A DNA stretch of 64,000 nucleotides from Candidatus Magasanikiibacteriota bacterium (GTDB lineage Bacteria; Patescibacteriota; Patescibacteriia; Magasanikbacterales; GWA2-37-8), in assembly GCA_030650025.1 (NCBI GenBank), contig JAUSEN010000005.1:3631-67630 (forward strand), read 5' to 3'. Of the stretch, positions 26,729 to 36,087 are shown piece by piece. Each line of letters starts with the position of its first letter. Position 1 is the first letter of the stretch. Made by a program: the position numbers and the translations under genes. The notes under the pieces were generated by a model, which saw only the letters and a list, made by a program, of their open reading frames with translations, had not been told where the DNA came from and did not search any database.

Positions 26729-27259
26729 ATGTGTAAAATAGACGGCAAAATGGGGTGCCATGGGTACATGAAACACTGGGGGCTCCTTGGCCTCCGGCTC
26801 GCGGTTGGTTTTATTATCGCCTACATGGGCTACAGCAAACTGTGGATACGCCCCGAGGCCACTGCCACCATGATGGCTACTATTGGCATTGGGAGCGGGG
26901 TATTTTGGGCCTACTTGGTAGGCATTTTAGAGTTTGTGGGCGGACTCATGATTATGACCGGGGTTTACGCCCCAATCGCGGCTACTTGGCAAAGCCTAAT
27001 TTTGCTGGTAGCAATATTCACCGTGCACCGGGGCAACCCCGTAACCGGATATTTTTTGCCACTCGCAGTTTTGGGTGGTTGTTTAGCATTGATGGGCACA
27101 GGCGCGGGCAAATATCGCTTGCTTAAAATGCAGTGTTGTTGCAAGTCCTGTCGCGCCGGTTGCATGATGTGTGGGACGGGTGGCGAGGGTGGTGGCTGTG
27201 GCGGGAATTGCGGTTGCGATCATGACAAACCAACCGGAAGCATGCCTCAATCCAAGTAA
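26729..27259 (+). CDS. DoxX-family membrane protein with a C-terminal Cys-rich (metallothionein-like) tail
   Basis: DoxX-like TM core (LLGLRLAVGFIIAYMGYSKLW...). Tail QCCCKSCRAGCMMCGTGGEGGGCGGNCGCDHDKPTG. Likely start is Met14 at 26768. Confidence 0.6.
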   Translation: MCKIDGKMGCHGYMKHWGLLGLRLAVGFIIAYMGYSKLWIRPEATATMMATIGIGSGVFWAYLVGILEFVGGLMIMTGVYAPIAATWQSLILLVAIFTVHRGNPVTGYFLPLAVLGGCLALMGTGAGKYRLLKMQCCCKSCRAGCMMCGTGGEGGGCGGNCGCDHDKPTGSMPQSK

Positions 27260-27284
27260 ATATCAAATAAATAATAAAAATTTT

Positions 27285-27320
27285 AAAACACCCTCTGCTT
27301 AGCAGAGGGTGTTTTGTTTT
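27285..27320 (+). terminator. Rho-independent terminator
   Basis: caccctctgcttagcagagggtg followed by ttttgtttt. Confidence 0.75.
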
Positions 27321-27342
27321 ATTTGACTTAATTTTTAGATTT

Positions 27343-27579
27343 TTATTTATGGTCAATCCTTTTAATTTCTGATTCTGCTAAAAAATTCTGAAACCAAGTG
27401 AGCAAGAGTTGGGGTTCTCCTCCCCCCACAGCGTATGAAGTCATATAGACAAGAATTTCAGTTACATGGTCTTGTGGATTATCCAAAAAATCACTAACAA
27501 AGGGGGGTTCATTTTTAAGTACCGCCCTGGAACGCGCCACAAAATCTGCTAAATTTAGAACTGGTCTAATTGGACTCAT
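27343..27579 (-). CDS. Hypothetical protein (78 aa)
   Basis: ORF only; no recognisable motifs. Confidence 0.3.
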   Translation of the reverse strand: MSPIRPVLNLADFVARSRAVLKNEPPFVSDFLDNPQDHVTEILVYMTSYAVGGGEPQLLLTWFQNFLAESEIKRIDHK

Positions 27580-27666
27580 AAAATACTAATTATTATGAAA
27601 ACTGGCTATAAGGCAAGTTCGATTAAGTATAATATAGAAAATAAAAAATGACAACATCGCCCTTCA

Positions 27667-28413
27667 CTATTCCGGCAGTGACCGCCACATAATTTCAAAC
27701 AGCTCGCGGTGCAAGCGCACCACGCTGGGGTTTTCTATCACAATAGCCATAATGGGCGTCTCCAGCTGATGGATAACCACCCGCTTGGGGATAATGACCA
27801 GGTTAGTATTAAGCGAGGTGCCGGGCGGCAGTAGTTTAATTTTCTTATTAAATGTTTGCTCCAGCCGTTTATGTTCGCGCGCTAGGGCCGAATCCTGCAC
27901 CAGGAGGCGGATTTTAATGGGGAGTTTAGCGCGGCGTTTGGTGAAGTCTAAAAAAAATTCTTTATCCAAATTTAGCCATTGTTCTCGGTGCGAGATGATT
28001 AAATAATCTTCTTTGGGACGCACATCTTTAATCAACCCCTCATAAACCGATTTTATGCCCGCCAGGCCCTCATAATATTTAATCGTACTCTCGCCGCCCT
28101 TGAGATTGTAGAGCGCCGAAAATTCTGGCAGAGCATTGGCTAAAAGTTGGCGACGATTGTCCAATATCGTTTGGAGCTGCTCCGGATCAGCTGCCGCGAA
28201 AAGCTGCTTGAATCCTTTAATTTGAACCACTACTAAACCCTTAATTTTTAGCGCTTCCACCACCGAATACACGGTGGTCCGTTTAATTTCCGCGGCCGCG
28301 GCAATTTTAAGCACCGTAGCTGGCCCTATTGCCAGCATCGCCAAATACACGGCCGACTCATGTTCGGTCAGGCCGAGAGTGGTTAAAATTGATAATAAAC
28401 GCCTTTTTTGCAT
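27667..28413 (-). CDS. TrmB-family transcriptional regulator, paralog 3
   Basis: N-terminus LTEHESAVYLAMLAIGPATVLKIAAAAEIKRTTVYSVVEALKIKGLV. Confidence 0.65.
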   Translation of the reverse strand: MQKRRLLSILTTLGLTEHESAVYLAMLAIGPATVLKIAAAAEIKRTTVYSVVEALKIKGLVVVQIKGFKQLFAAADPEQLQTILDNRRQLLANALPEFSALYNLKGGESTIKYYEGLAGIKSVYEGLIKDVRPKEDYLIISHREQWLNLDKEFFLDFTKRRAKLPIKIRLLVQDSALAREHKRLEQTFNKKIKLLPPGTSLNTNLVIIPKRVVIHQLETPIMAIVIENPSVVRLHRELFEIMWRSLPE

Positions 28414-28494
28414 ATTTTGTCGGTTGAACCGTCAACATAATATATTCTATATTAAAGCAAAAATTCTGTCAATATCACAACTATGACGACAGAA

Positions 28495-28523
28495 TTGACA
28501 TAAATGCTAATTTATACTATAAT
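28495..28523 (+). promoter_or_regulatory. Consensus sigma-70 promoter (TTGACA, 17-nt spacer, TATAAT) for the XRE regulator
   Basis: ttgacataaatgctaatttatactataat. An overlapping ttctgtcaat...attgaca inverted repeat is a candidate operator. Confidence 0.6.
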
Positions 28524-28590
28524 GTCCAGTCAAGCTAGAAACTTGACCCGCCCGATTTTCGGGGGGTGGCTCTTTTTAAAGGAGGTACGC

Positions 28591-29010
28591 TTGCCGAGAG
28601 GGAATAAGGAAGTCAATAACTTCGGCGATTTCCTTCGCCGCTGGCGAAAAGAGCGGGATTTAAAACAGTACGAGTTGGCCAAAGAGGTCGGCGTACCCCA
28701 AGGCACTATTTCGGCTTGGGAAGTCGGACGCCAAAAACCGCAGGGAGAGTCTCTCCGTAACTTATCCCAGGTTTTGGGCATCACCTTGGTTAAAATCATG
28801 GGGCTGCTGAACCAACCAACGACAGCAAACAGGTTTCTCCTTATTATGCCGCCGCAACCGGTCTCTAAGGAGGACCTGGCGTTTGTACAAACAGTGATGG
28901 AGGGGCTTGGGCGAAGTAGCATCGAACCAGAGCTGCTGATGCATCTCATTACCCTCCGCCAGAACAGCGCTCCCGCCCCCTCGGTGGCGAAACCAAAAAC
29001 CGAGGACTGA
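28591..29010 (+). CDS. XRE-family HTH transcriptional regulator
   Basis: TTG start 6 nt after AAGGAGG. HTH QYELAKEVGVPQGTISAWEVGRQKP. The ORF-track ORF 28504..29010 has an implausible N-terminal extension. Confidence 0.6.
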   Translation: MPRGNKEVNNFGDFLRRWRKERDLKQYELAKEVGVPQGTISAWEVGRQKPQGESLRNLSQVLGITLVKIMGLLNQPTTANRFLLIMPPQPVSKEDLAFVQTVMEGLGRSSIEPELLMHLITLRQNSAPAPSVAKPKTED

Positions 29011-29138
29011 GCCGGGCAGTTTCAAAAGCCGGCATTTCACCTTGCTCCTGCCACCTCGACTACGCTCAGCACGGGAGCAAATCAAGGCAAAAAATCCCAA
29101 TCATTTAGAAAGGGATTTTTTGTTAACAAAATTTTTCT

Positions 29139-31973
29139 TTATAATTTTATTGTCTCCAGCTCATTCCAATTTTTTCCTGCTTTAACTTCGACTCGAACCG
29201 GGACAAGCAATTTTACCACGTTCTCCATGATATCTTTAACCAGCGCGCCAACTTCCGTGGCGCTATTTTTATCCACTTCAAAAATTAATTCATCGTGAAC
29301 TTGGAGGAGTAATTGGACTTTGGACCCTAGACTTTGCCTGCCCGCAACGGCTTCGCCGTAGCGAAGTCGGGCGGGGACTTTGGACGCGACCGCGATCATG
29401 GCCATTTTCATGAGGTCCGCGGCGGTGCCTTGAATGGGGTGGTTAATAGCCATGCGCTCGGCCGCGGAGCGCAGTTGAAAGTTGCTGGCGGTGAGCTCGG
29501 GGATATAACGGCGGCGTCCAAAGAGAGTCTCGCAGTAGCCATTCTCTCTGGTAAATTGTAAAGTTCCGTCCAGATATTTCTTGACGCCGCTAAACTCGCT
29601 AAAATATTTTTTAATAAAATCCCGAGCCTCGGCGTGGGGGATCTCGGCGCGCCAAGCCAAGCCATAAGCGCCCATGCCATAAAGAATGCCAAAATTAACT
29701 TCTTTGGCACTGCGCCGCATTTCTTTGGATACGTCTTTAAGAGGCACGCCATGGATAGCGGCGGCCGTAGCGGTATGGACATCTTCACCAGCCTCAAAAA
29801 TTTCCATGAGGCGCTTATCTTTAGCGAGCGAGGCGACAATGCGCAGTTCAATTTGAGAATAATCGGCGCTTAATAAAACTTTGCCCGGAGGAGCGATAAA
29901 CGCGGAGCGAATGGCTCGCCCGAGAGCAGTACGAACGGGGATGTTTTGTAAATTAGGTTCAGAACTCGAAAGGCGCCCGGTGGCTGTCACCGCCTGATTA
30001 AACGTAGTGTGAATCCGACCGGTGGTTTTGTTTATTAAGGTCGGGAGAACGTCGATGTAAGTATTTTGGAGCTTGGCTAATTCGCGATATTCTTGAATTT
30101 CGTCAACCACCAGATGCACGCCACGCAATTTCTCCAATTGTTCGGCATCAGTAGAGAGGCCAGTTTTGCCTTTTTTTAAACCCGCGGTCGGAATTTGTAA
30201 TTTGTCGAATAAGACTTCGCGTAGTTGGAGAGGCGAAGCAATATTAAATTCCATGCCCGCTAATTTATAAATTTTTTGCGTTAAATTTTTGATAGCTTCA
30301 GCCACGTCTGTAGACAGCCCGCCGAGCTTGACCCGATCAATACTAATCCCGGCCAGTTCCATAGCGACCAACACTTTAATAAGAGGCATTTCCACATTAG
30401 TAAATAAACCTAAATTATTGGCGCTCTCTAATTCTTGTTTTAAAATTTTTCCAGCAGTAGCTAAATAAAATAATTCTTGCGCCGCGGCCCGGGCGTCAAA
30501 GCCAAATAAACTTTCCTGGCCACTGCCGGCTGTCAATTCTTTGCCTAAAGTTTTTAAAATGATCGCGGCGCTATCGTGGGCGCGACTGCCGGGCTGAAGC
30601 AGGTAGGAGGCGATCATGGTGTCGAAAAGATGGCACGCGAGACCCCCTCCCCGCCCGACTTCGCTACGGCGAAGCCGTTGCGGGCGGGCTGGCTCCCCCT
30701 TTGCGAAGGGGGAGGAATGAATTGTCAAAATCTTTACCAATTGTTTTAAATCGTGGCCGATGACTGTGATTTCTGGGTTGGTAAAAATTCCGTCAATTAC
30801 GTAGGGGCGGGGTAACCCCGCCCCTACGGGATATTGATTTAAATTGTTCGGGACAAAAAAACCTTCGTTACCAACGACAATCACAAACCCATTTAAATTT
30901 CCGGAAAAAACATCATTGCCAGAGAAAGCGGCGCGACAAGCAAATTCTTTGGCGATTAAAATTTTCTCAACTAAATTTTTTACTTCTGATGTCGATTTTA
31001 TTTCTGTAAAAATAAAATCGATTAATTTTTGGCTTTTTTTAATTTTTGGTTTTTTTTCTTCGGCAGTATCAGGGCTCCCCGGCAAACGTTTTAATAGCGA
31101 AATAAATTCCAATTTTTGAAATAAGGCCGTAATCGGACCACGATCCAGCTCTTTAATAGCGCAATCCTCCAATTTAAAATTTAACCCCGGCACAGCGTTA
31201 TCTAATTTGGAAAGTTCATAGCTCATCTCGGCGCTCTCTTCGCCGGCAATTAATTTCTGAAGCACTCCGGGTTTAATTTTTTTGGTTAATTGTTCTTTGC
31301 TAGTTGTTAATTGTTTATAAATATTTTTTAAACTGCCAAATTCTTTAATTAAATCAGTCGCGGTTTTGGCGCCAATGCCCGGCACGCCGGGGATATTGTC
31401 CGAAGCATCACCGCGCAAGGCTTTGTAATCGAGCATCAGCTCGGGCCCAAAACCATACCTGTCTTTTACCGCCTTTTCATCATAAATAACCGTATCAGAC
31501 AAACCTTTTTTAAGAGTATAAACTTTTATGCCATCGTGCACGAGTTGCAGGGTGTCCATGTCGCCCGTGACGATAAATATTTCTAGTTCTTTATTTTGGG
31601 CTAATTTTTTATTTATCTCCACCAATGTGCCAATAACATCATCGGCTTCGTAGCCTTCCTGCTCAAAAATCGGGAATTTAAAAGCGCGTACTAAATCGTG
31701 CACCAGGGGAATTTGCGAATACAGTTCCGGATCAGCCTTAACGCGCGTGGCTTTGTATTGATCATAGCGTTTTAAGCGGGCATGGCTGCCGCCCGCCACA
31801 TCAAAAGTAACGGCTAGATGCGTGGGCTTTAAGTCTTTAAGGGTCTTTAAAAGCATGGAAGTAAAGCCATAGACAGCATTAACCATGAGCCCGCTTTTAG
31901 TATTCATGGGCGGAATAGCGTGGTAAGCCCGATGGATAATGGCGTTACCATCGATAATTACTAATCGGTTCAT
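29139..31973 (-). CDS. polA: DNA polymerase I
   Basis: 944 aa. N-terminal 5'-nuclease (MNRLVIIDGNAIIHRAYHA), polymerase motifs A (LLSADYSQIELRI), B (RRSAKEVNFGILYG) and C (QVHDELIFEV). Confidence 0.95.
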   Translation of the reverse strand: MNRLVIIDGNAIIHRAYHAIPPMNTKSGLMVNAVYGFTSMLLKTLKDLKPTHLAVTFDVAGGSHARLKRYDQYKATRVKADPELYSQIPLVHDLVRAFKFPIFEQEGYEADDVIGTLVEINKKLAQNKELEIFIVTGDMDTLQLVHDGIKVYTLKKGLSDTVIYDEKAVKDRYGFGPELMLDYKALRGDASDNIPGVPGIGAKTATDLIKEFGSLKNIYKQLTTSKEQLTKKIKPGVLQKLIAGEESAEMSYELSKLDNAVPGLNFKLEDCAIKELDRGPITALFQKLEFISLLKRLPGSPDTAEEKKPKIKKSQKLIDFIFTEIKSTSEVKNLVEKILIAKEFACRAAFSGNDVFSGNLNGFVIVVGNEGFFVPNNLNQYPVGAGLPRPYVIDGIFTNPEITVIGHDLKQLVKILTIHSSPFAKGEPARPQRLRRSEVGRGGGLACHLFDTMIASYLLQPGSRAHDSAAIILKTLGKELTAGSGQESLFGFDARAAAQELFYLATAGKILKQELESANNLGLFTNVEMPLIKVLVAMELAGISIDRVKLGGLSTDVAEAIKNLTQKIYKLAGMEFNIASPLQLREVLFDKLQIPTAGLKKGKTGLSTDAEQLEKLRGVHLVVDEIQEYRELAKLQNTYIDVLPTLINKTTGRIHTTFNQAVTATGRLSSSEPNLQNIPVRTALGRAIRSAFIAPPGKVLLSADYSQIELRIVASLAKDKRLMEIFEAGEDVHTATAAAIHGVPLKDVSKEMRRSAKEVNFGILYGMGAYGLAWRAEIPHAEARDFIKKYFSEFSGVKKYLDGTLQFTRENGYCETLFGRRRYIPELTASNFQLRSAAERMAINHPIQGTAADLMKMAMIAVASKVPARLRYGEAVAGRQSLGSKVQLLLQVHDELIFEVDKNSATEVGALVKDIMENVVKLLVPVRVEVKAGKNWNELETIKL
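29345..29380. repeat. GC-rich palindromic element, in-frame within the polA polymerase domain; reverse complement of the 30639..30678 element
   Basis: cccgcaacggcttcgccgtagcgaagtcgggcgggg. Translated as part of VPARLRYGEAVAGRQ just before motif C. Confidence 0.7.
30633..30706. repeat. GC-rich composite palindromic element, in-frame within polA (exo-domain-equivalent region)
   Basis: ccccctccccgcccgacttcgctacggcgaagccgttgcgggcgggctggctccccctttgcgaagggggagg. The core at 30639-30678 is the reverse complement of 29345-29380. Translated as FAKGEPARPQRLRRSEVGRGGGLA. Confidence 0.7.
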
Positions 31974-32060
31974 GTTTGGAATTTTTAAAATAGACTACTC
32001 GATCATTATAACTCGTCCTGTTCAACTTGAAAAGTTGTTTGTTTTGTGGTATTTTTAGAG

Positions 32061-32099
32061 CCACGGCCCGATAGCCAAGTTAGAAAGGCAAAGGTCTGC
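32061..32099 (+). pseudogene. 5' partial copy of tRNA-Cys (4-nt leader plus positions 1-35), interrupted in the anticodon loop by a hairpin element
   Basis: ccacGGCCCGATAGCCAAGTTAGAAAGGCAAAGGTCTGC is identical to 32156-32194. After the 31-nt insert the sequence resumes with AAAACCT (anticodon stem 3' side) and then diverges. Confidence 0.6.
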
Positions 32100-32130
32100 C
32101 TCCCTACGGGAGATCCCCCGCAGGGGGACA
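32100..32130. repeat. 31-nt double-hairpin element, left copy (perfect inverted copy at 32506..32536)
   Basis: ctccctacgggagatcccccgcagggggaca. Two tandem hairpins: tccc/ggga and ccccc/ggggg. Confidence 0.8.
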
Positions 32131-32159
32131 AAACCTATTATAAACTTATTAATTACCAC

Positions 32160-32232
32160 GGCCCGATAGCCAAGTTAGAAAGGCAAAGGTCTGCAAAACC
32201 TTCATGCGCGGGTGCAACTCCCGCTCGGGCCT
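32160..32232 (+). tRNA. tRNA-Cys (anticodon GCA)
   Basis: GGCCCGATAGCCAAGTTAGAAAGGCAAAGGTCTGCAAAACCTTCATGCGCGGGTGCAACTCCCGCTCGGGCCT. Acceptor GGCCCGA/TCGGGCC, U73 discriminator typical of Cys, anticodon loop CTGCAAA. The T-loop TGCAACT is slightly non-canonical. Confidence 0.6.
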
Positions 32233-32235
32233 CAC

Positions 32236-32500
32236 TGTGTACTACGTTTACGCACTGCAAAGTCTGAAAAATAAAAATTGGCTATATATTGGCTCGTCAG
32301 AAAATTTACGGGCCCGTTTTGATGAACATACAAGCGGAAAAGTTATTTCTACAGCTAAATATAGACCACTTCGATTAGTTTATTACGAAGCATTTCTGAA
32401 CAAGAAAGATGCGACTCTACGAGAATATCAGCTTAAACATAATAGCCAGCAGAAAGAACAGCTAAAACTTAAACTTATCAATTCTCTTCAGGCTGAATAG
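32236..32500 (+). CDS. Small GIY-YIG (URI-domain, YhbQ/UPF0213-like) nuclease
   Basis: VYYVYALQSLKNKNWLYIGSSENLRARFDEHTSGK...LRLVYYEAFLNKKDATLREYQLK. The ORF-track ATG at 32204 lies inside the tRNA, so a GTG at 32236 is proposed as the start. Paralog of the 49112..49369 gene. Confidence 0.6.
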
Positions 32501-32505
32501 TTGGG

Positions 32506-32536
32506 TGTCCCCCTGCGGGGGATCTCCCGTAGGGAG
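32506..32536. repeat. 31-nt double-hairpin element, right copy (inverted)
   Basis: tgtccccctgcgggggatctcccgtagggag is the exact reverse complement of 32100-32130. Confidence 0.8.
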
Positions 32537-32596
32537 ACAAGTCCCTCCGTGGCCTCACAATTTTCTTGTTTCTTGCCTGGCAAGATTTTTTTATTT

Positions 32597-33928
32597 TTAT
32601 CTCACGTATCCGAGCGGGTTGCGACGGACGCCGTTGATAATAATTTCAAAATGCAAGTGAATGCCTGTCTTGCCGCGCACTTTGCCGGTGTTGCCCATGA
32701 GGCCAATAGTTTGGCCGGCGTCAACATAGTCGCCCGGTGAAACCAAGAGCACAGAGTTGTGGCCATAAAGAGTTTTGACGCCGCCGCCGTGGTCAATAAT
32801 AATCATACAGCCATAGCCGCTATTCCAACCACATTGCGCCTTTTCCACGGTGCCAGCTTTAGCGGCATAGTTAGGGGTTTGCCAAGAGCCGGCAACATCA
32901 AGGGCGTGGTGCTTCCAGCTATAATACTGGGTTATCATGCGCGCGCCGCTTGGCCAAATAAACCCGCTGGCCGAGGGGCCAGACAAAGAACGCGGCGGCG
33001 CGGCGCGTACCGCGGCGCTCCCGGTAGTGCGCCCTTTGGTAGCGAGAGGCACACCGCTGACTTTTTTGACACCGCCCGGGATCATCACGCGATCGCCGAT
33101 AATCAGGTTGGTCGCTTTTTGATTCAGATTATTAAAAGCAATAATATCATCGACTTTGGCAGTATACAGTTTGGCAATTTTTTGAATGGTATCTCCTTTT
33201 TTGACAGTATGCATCACGCCATCAACCGGAGGAATTTTAAGAATCAGGCCGGGACGAATTAGGGTTCTTTCAGTAAGGCCGTTCTCCCATAAAATAGTAG
33301 CTAGCTTGATATTGAAGCGCGCGGCAATTAAATTAAGCGAGTCGCCCGGGTTAACTTCGTAATTAATGGTTGTTTGGCGCGCAGTCAAAGAAACACTAAT
33401 TGCCCCGGGCAACATAATGGGCTTAAGCAGGGCACTGCCGCCAGCCACGGCGCTCATGGCTAGCTCTTCATAATTAAAAGCGGCGTCAGCACCTGAAACT
33501 CTTTGGGATTCTAAGGACCCAATTCGCCGGTTAGCCGGCACGGGGGCGAGGGGGATTTCCGCGAGAGTCACCTCTTGAATTTCGGATTTATCATCTAGCC
33601 CAATTAAGGTATAAGCCAGGGTGCGGCGGCCGGCCAGGGCCGGGTCTGTTTTCGCTAAAAGGCGCGTTTGAGGTAGAGCTACCAAAAAAAGCGCTCCAAA
33701 AAGCGCTGTTTGCATTAAACCGCGCCCCCACAGCACGGTGGCAAGGCCGCTGGCCAAACTTTTTTTGAAACGATAAAAAATCTTGTATTTTAACCACAAT
33801 ACCCCTTTGACTACAGGCCAAAGGGCCACCCCGGCTCCCTTACCCAAAACCCGCCCTCCCCACCAGAGAGCGCGCTTGAGATAGATAAAACCTCGTAAAA
33901 TTAACAAAAGAACTTGATATTTCTTCAT
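32597..33928 (-). CDS. LysM-domain M23-family metallopeptidase (cell-wall hydrolase)
   Basis: N-terminal TM; two LysM-like segments (GDSLNLIAARFNIKLATILWENGL, GDTIQKIAKLYTAKVDDIIAFNNL); C-terminal M23 motifs HHALDV and GIHLHFEI. Start chosen at MKKYQVLLL (33928). Confidence 0.8.
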   Translation of the reverse strand: MKKYQVLLLILRGFIYLKRALWWGGRVLGKGAGVALWPVVKGVLWLKYKIFYRFKKSLASGLATVLWGRGLMQTALFGALFLVALPQTRLLAKTDPALAGRRTLAYTLIGLDDKSEIQEVTLAEIPLAPVPANRRIGSLESQRVSGADAAFNYEELAMSAVAGGSALLKPIMLPGAISVSLTARQTTINYEVNPGDSLNLIAARFNIKLATILWENGLTERTLIRPGLILKIPPVDGVMHTVKKGDTIQKIAKLYTAKVDDIIAFNNLNQKATNLIIGDRVMIPGGVKKVSGVPLATKGRTTGSAAVRAAPPRSLSGPSASGFIWPSGARMITQYYSWKHHALDVAGSWQTPNYAAKAGTVEKAQCGWNSGYGCMIIIDHGGGVKTLYGHNSVLLVSPGDYVDAGQTIGLMGNTGKVRGKTGIHLHFEIIINGVRRNPLGYVR

Positions 33929-34026
33929 AGGAGAAGTTGACGTGTGGGCAATTGTACCATATAATAGAGCCCGAATCAACGGTAACAATCACCGTTTTCG
34001 TTAATTCATATATTAATTTATTAGTT

Positions 34027-36027
34027 ATGTCAGCAACTTTAGTAATCGTTATTTTAGCACTATTGCCAGCAATTTTGGCTATCGCCTATGGCGTAATATT
34101 AATCATCTGGATAATGCGCCAGAGCCCGGGGGACGACCGCATGCAAGCGATTGCTCGGGCTATCCAACAGGGGGCTAGGGCCTACCTGGTCAGGCAATAT
34201 CGCACTATTGCCTTCGTGGCGGCTGTTTTATTTGTGCTCCTCGGTATTGTGCTTGATTGGACCACGGCTGTTGGGTTCTTAGTTGGGGCAACTTGCTCTG
34301 GCCTCGCGGGGATTATTGGCATGAGCGTGTCAGTGCGCGCCAATGTCCGCACTGCCGAAGCAGCCAAAAGCGGGTTTGCCAAAGCTTTAAACATGGCGGT
34401 CCGAGGCGGATCAATTACCGGTCTGCTCGTGGCGGGCTTAGGGCTTTTGTCAGTAGCGGTCTTTTATTTAATCACTAAAAATGTGCCGGCCTTAATTGGC
34501 CTTGGATTTGGCGGTAGCTTGATCTCGGTTTTCGCGCGCATTGGCGGGGGTATTTTTACTAAAGCCGCGGATGTCGGAGCTGATCTTGTTGGTAAAGTGG
34601 AAAAGGGCATTCCCGAGGACGATCCCCGAAACCCGGCGGTAATCGCGGACAATGTGGGCGATAATGTCGGCGATTGCGCGGGCATGGCCGCGGATTTGTT
34701 TGAAACTTATGCCATTACCACGATTGCGGCCATGGTGCTCGCGAGTTTGCTATTTCCAAGCAATGAACGCGCTGTCGTGTACCCTCTAGTTTTGGGCGGG
34801 GTGTCCTTGGTTGCTTCAATCATCGGGACTCTCGCTATACGCCTCGGAAAAAATAACGACCAAAATGTGATGCGCGCCCTATACAAAGGTTTAATCGTGA
34901 CCGGTCTTATCTCGCTAGTCGCTTATTACCCAATCACTAATTGGTTAGTGGGAAGCTTGCCTTTTGCCAAAAATTTTCTCTTCTACACCACGATAATCGG
35001 CTTGGTTTTAACCGGCCTCATGGTTTGGATCACTGAATATTATACTTCCACTGCTCATAAGCCGGTCCAAAACATCGCCAAGGCGAGCGTGACTGGGCAT
35101 GGCACCAATGTAATTGCCGGCCTCGCGGTATCGATGCGCTCCACGGCCTGGCCAGTCTTGGCAATTGTCGCGGCCATGCTTGGGGCATATGGCTTAGCCG
35201 GTATTTATGGCGTCGCTGTCGCGGCTGTGGCCATGTTGTCCTTGGCTGGTATTATAGTGACAATCGATTCCTATGGCCCAATTACGGACAATGCCGGCGG
35301 CATTGCGGAAATGGCCAACCTGCCAGAGAGCGTGCGCGCGGTGACTGACCCTTTAGACGCTGTTGGCAACACCACCAAAGCAGTAACAAAAGGCTACGCG
35401 ATTGCGTCCGCTGGCCTCGCCGCGCTCGTTTTGTTCGCGGACTTCACTCACAAGCTCCCGGAGGGGACTAAATTTTTAATTAATGACCCCAAAGTCTTAG
35501 CCGGTTTATTTATCGGCGGGCTCTTGCCATATTTGTTTGGCGCGATGCTTATGGAATCAGTTGGTAAGGTAGCCGGTAAAGTGGTGGAAGAAGTGCGCCG
35601 CCAATTTAAAGAAATCGCCGGCATTATGGAAGGCACGGGCAAGCCAGATTACGCGGCCTGCTCGGACATTGTGACGCGTGACGCGATTCGCCAAATGATT
35701 GTGCCTTCGCTGTTGCCGATTGTCATGCCCATTGTGGTCGGATATTTTTTGGGAGTAGAGGCGCTCGGCGGACTGCTGGTTGGCACTATTATCACCGGCT
35801 TGTTCGTGGCTATCAGCATGACCACGGGCGGCGGCGCCTGGGACAATGCCAAGAAATATATTGAAAAAGGGAATTACGGCGGCAAAGGCGGCGAAGCGCA
35901 CAAAGCCGCGGTGACCGGTGACACGGTCGGCGACCCTTACAAAGACACGGCCGGGCCAGCCATTAACCCGATGATTAAGGTGGCGAATATTGTGGCTCTG
36001 CTCATCGTGGGGTTGCTAATAAAATAG
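34027..36027 (+). CDS. hppA: Membrane-bound proton/sodium-translocating pyrophosphatase
   Basis: [19 protein letters not shown] and [21 protein letters not shown] signature regions; about 15 TM segments. Start at MSATLVIV (34027), which avoids overlap with the upstream gene. Confidence 0.9.
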   Translation: MSATLVIVILALLPAILAIAYGVILIIWIMRQSPGDDRMQAIARAIQQGARAYLVRQYRTIAFVAAVLFVLLGIVLDWTTAVGFLVGATCSGLAGIIGMSVSVRANVRTAEAAKSGFAKALNMAVRGGSITGLLVAGLGLLSVAVFYLITKNVPALIGLGFGGSLISVFARIGGGIFTKAADVGADLVGKVEKGIPEDDPRNPAVIADNVGDNVGDCAGMAADLFETYAITTIAAMVLASLLFPSNERAVVYPLVLGGVSLVASIIGTLAIRLGKNNDQNVMRALYKGLIVTGLISLVAYYPITNWLVGSLPFAKNFLFYTTIIGLVLTGLMVWITEYYTSTAHKPVQNIAKASVTGHGTNVIAGLAVSMRSTAWPVLAIVAAMLGAYGLAGIYGVAVAAVAMLSLAGIIVTIDSYGPITDNAGGIAEMANLPESVRAVTDPLDAVGNTTKAVTKGYAIASAGLAALVLFADFTHKLPEGTKFLINDPKVLAGLFIGGLLPYLFGAMLMESVGKVAGKVVEEVRRQFKEIAGIMEGTGKPDYAACSDIVTRDAIRQMIVPSLLPIVMPIVVGYFLGVEALGGLLVGTIITGLFVAISMTTGGGAWDNAKKYIEKGNYGGKGGEAHKAAVTGDTVGDPYKDTAGPAINPMIKVANIVALLIVGLLIK

Positions 36028-36087
36028 GCCTGCGGTTGACAGTGGTTGCTGGCGGCAGTATGATAATTAAGCAACATAATTTATTGT

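Noticed and set aside
29139-31973. Possibility that the GC-rich inserts in polA are inteins or frameshift sites
   Set aside because: The inserts are only 12-25 aa, lack intein block motifs, and keep the frame. Total PolA length (944 aa) is normal.
32089-32200. Possibility that the tRNA-Cys interruption is a self-splicing group I intron, or that the tRNA is intron-containing
   Set aside because: The intervening sequence is only ~60 nt, far too short for a group I intron. It is followed by a second full copy of the 5' exon, which indicates partial duplication plus hairpin insertion rather than an intron. Bacteria lack BHB-type tRNA splicing.
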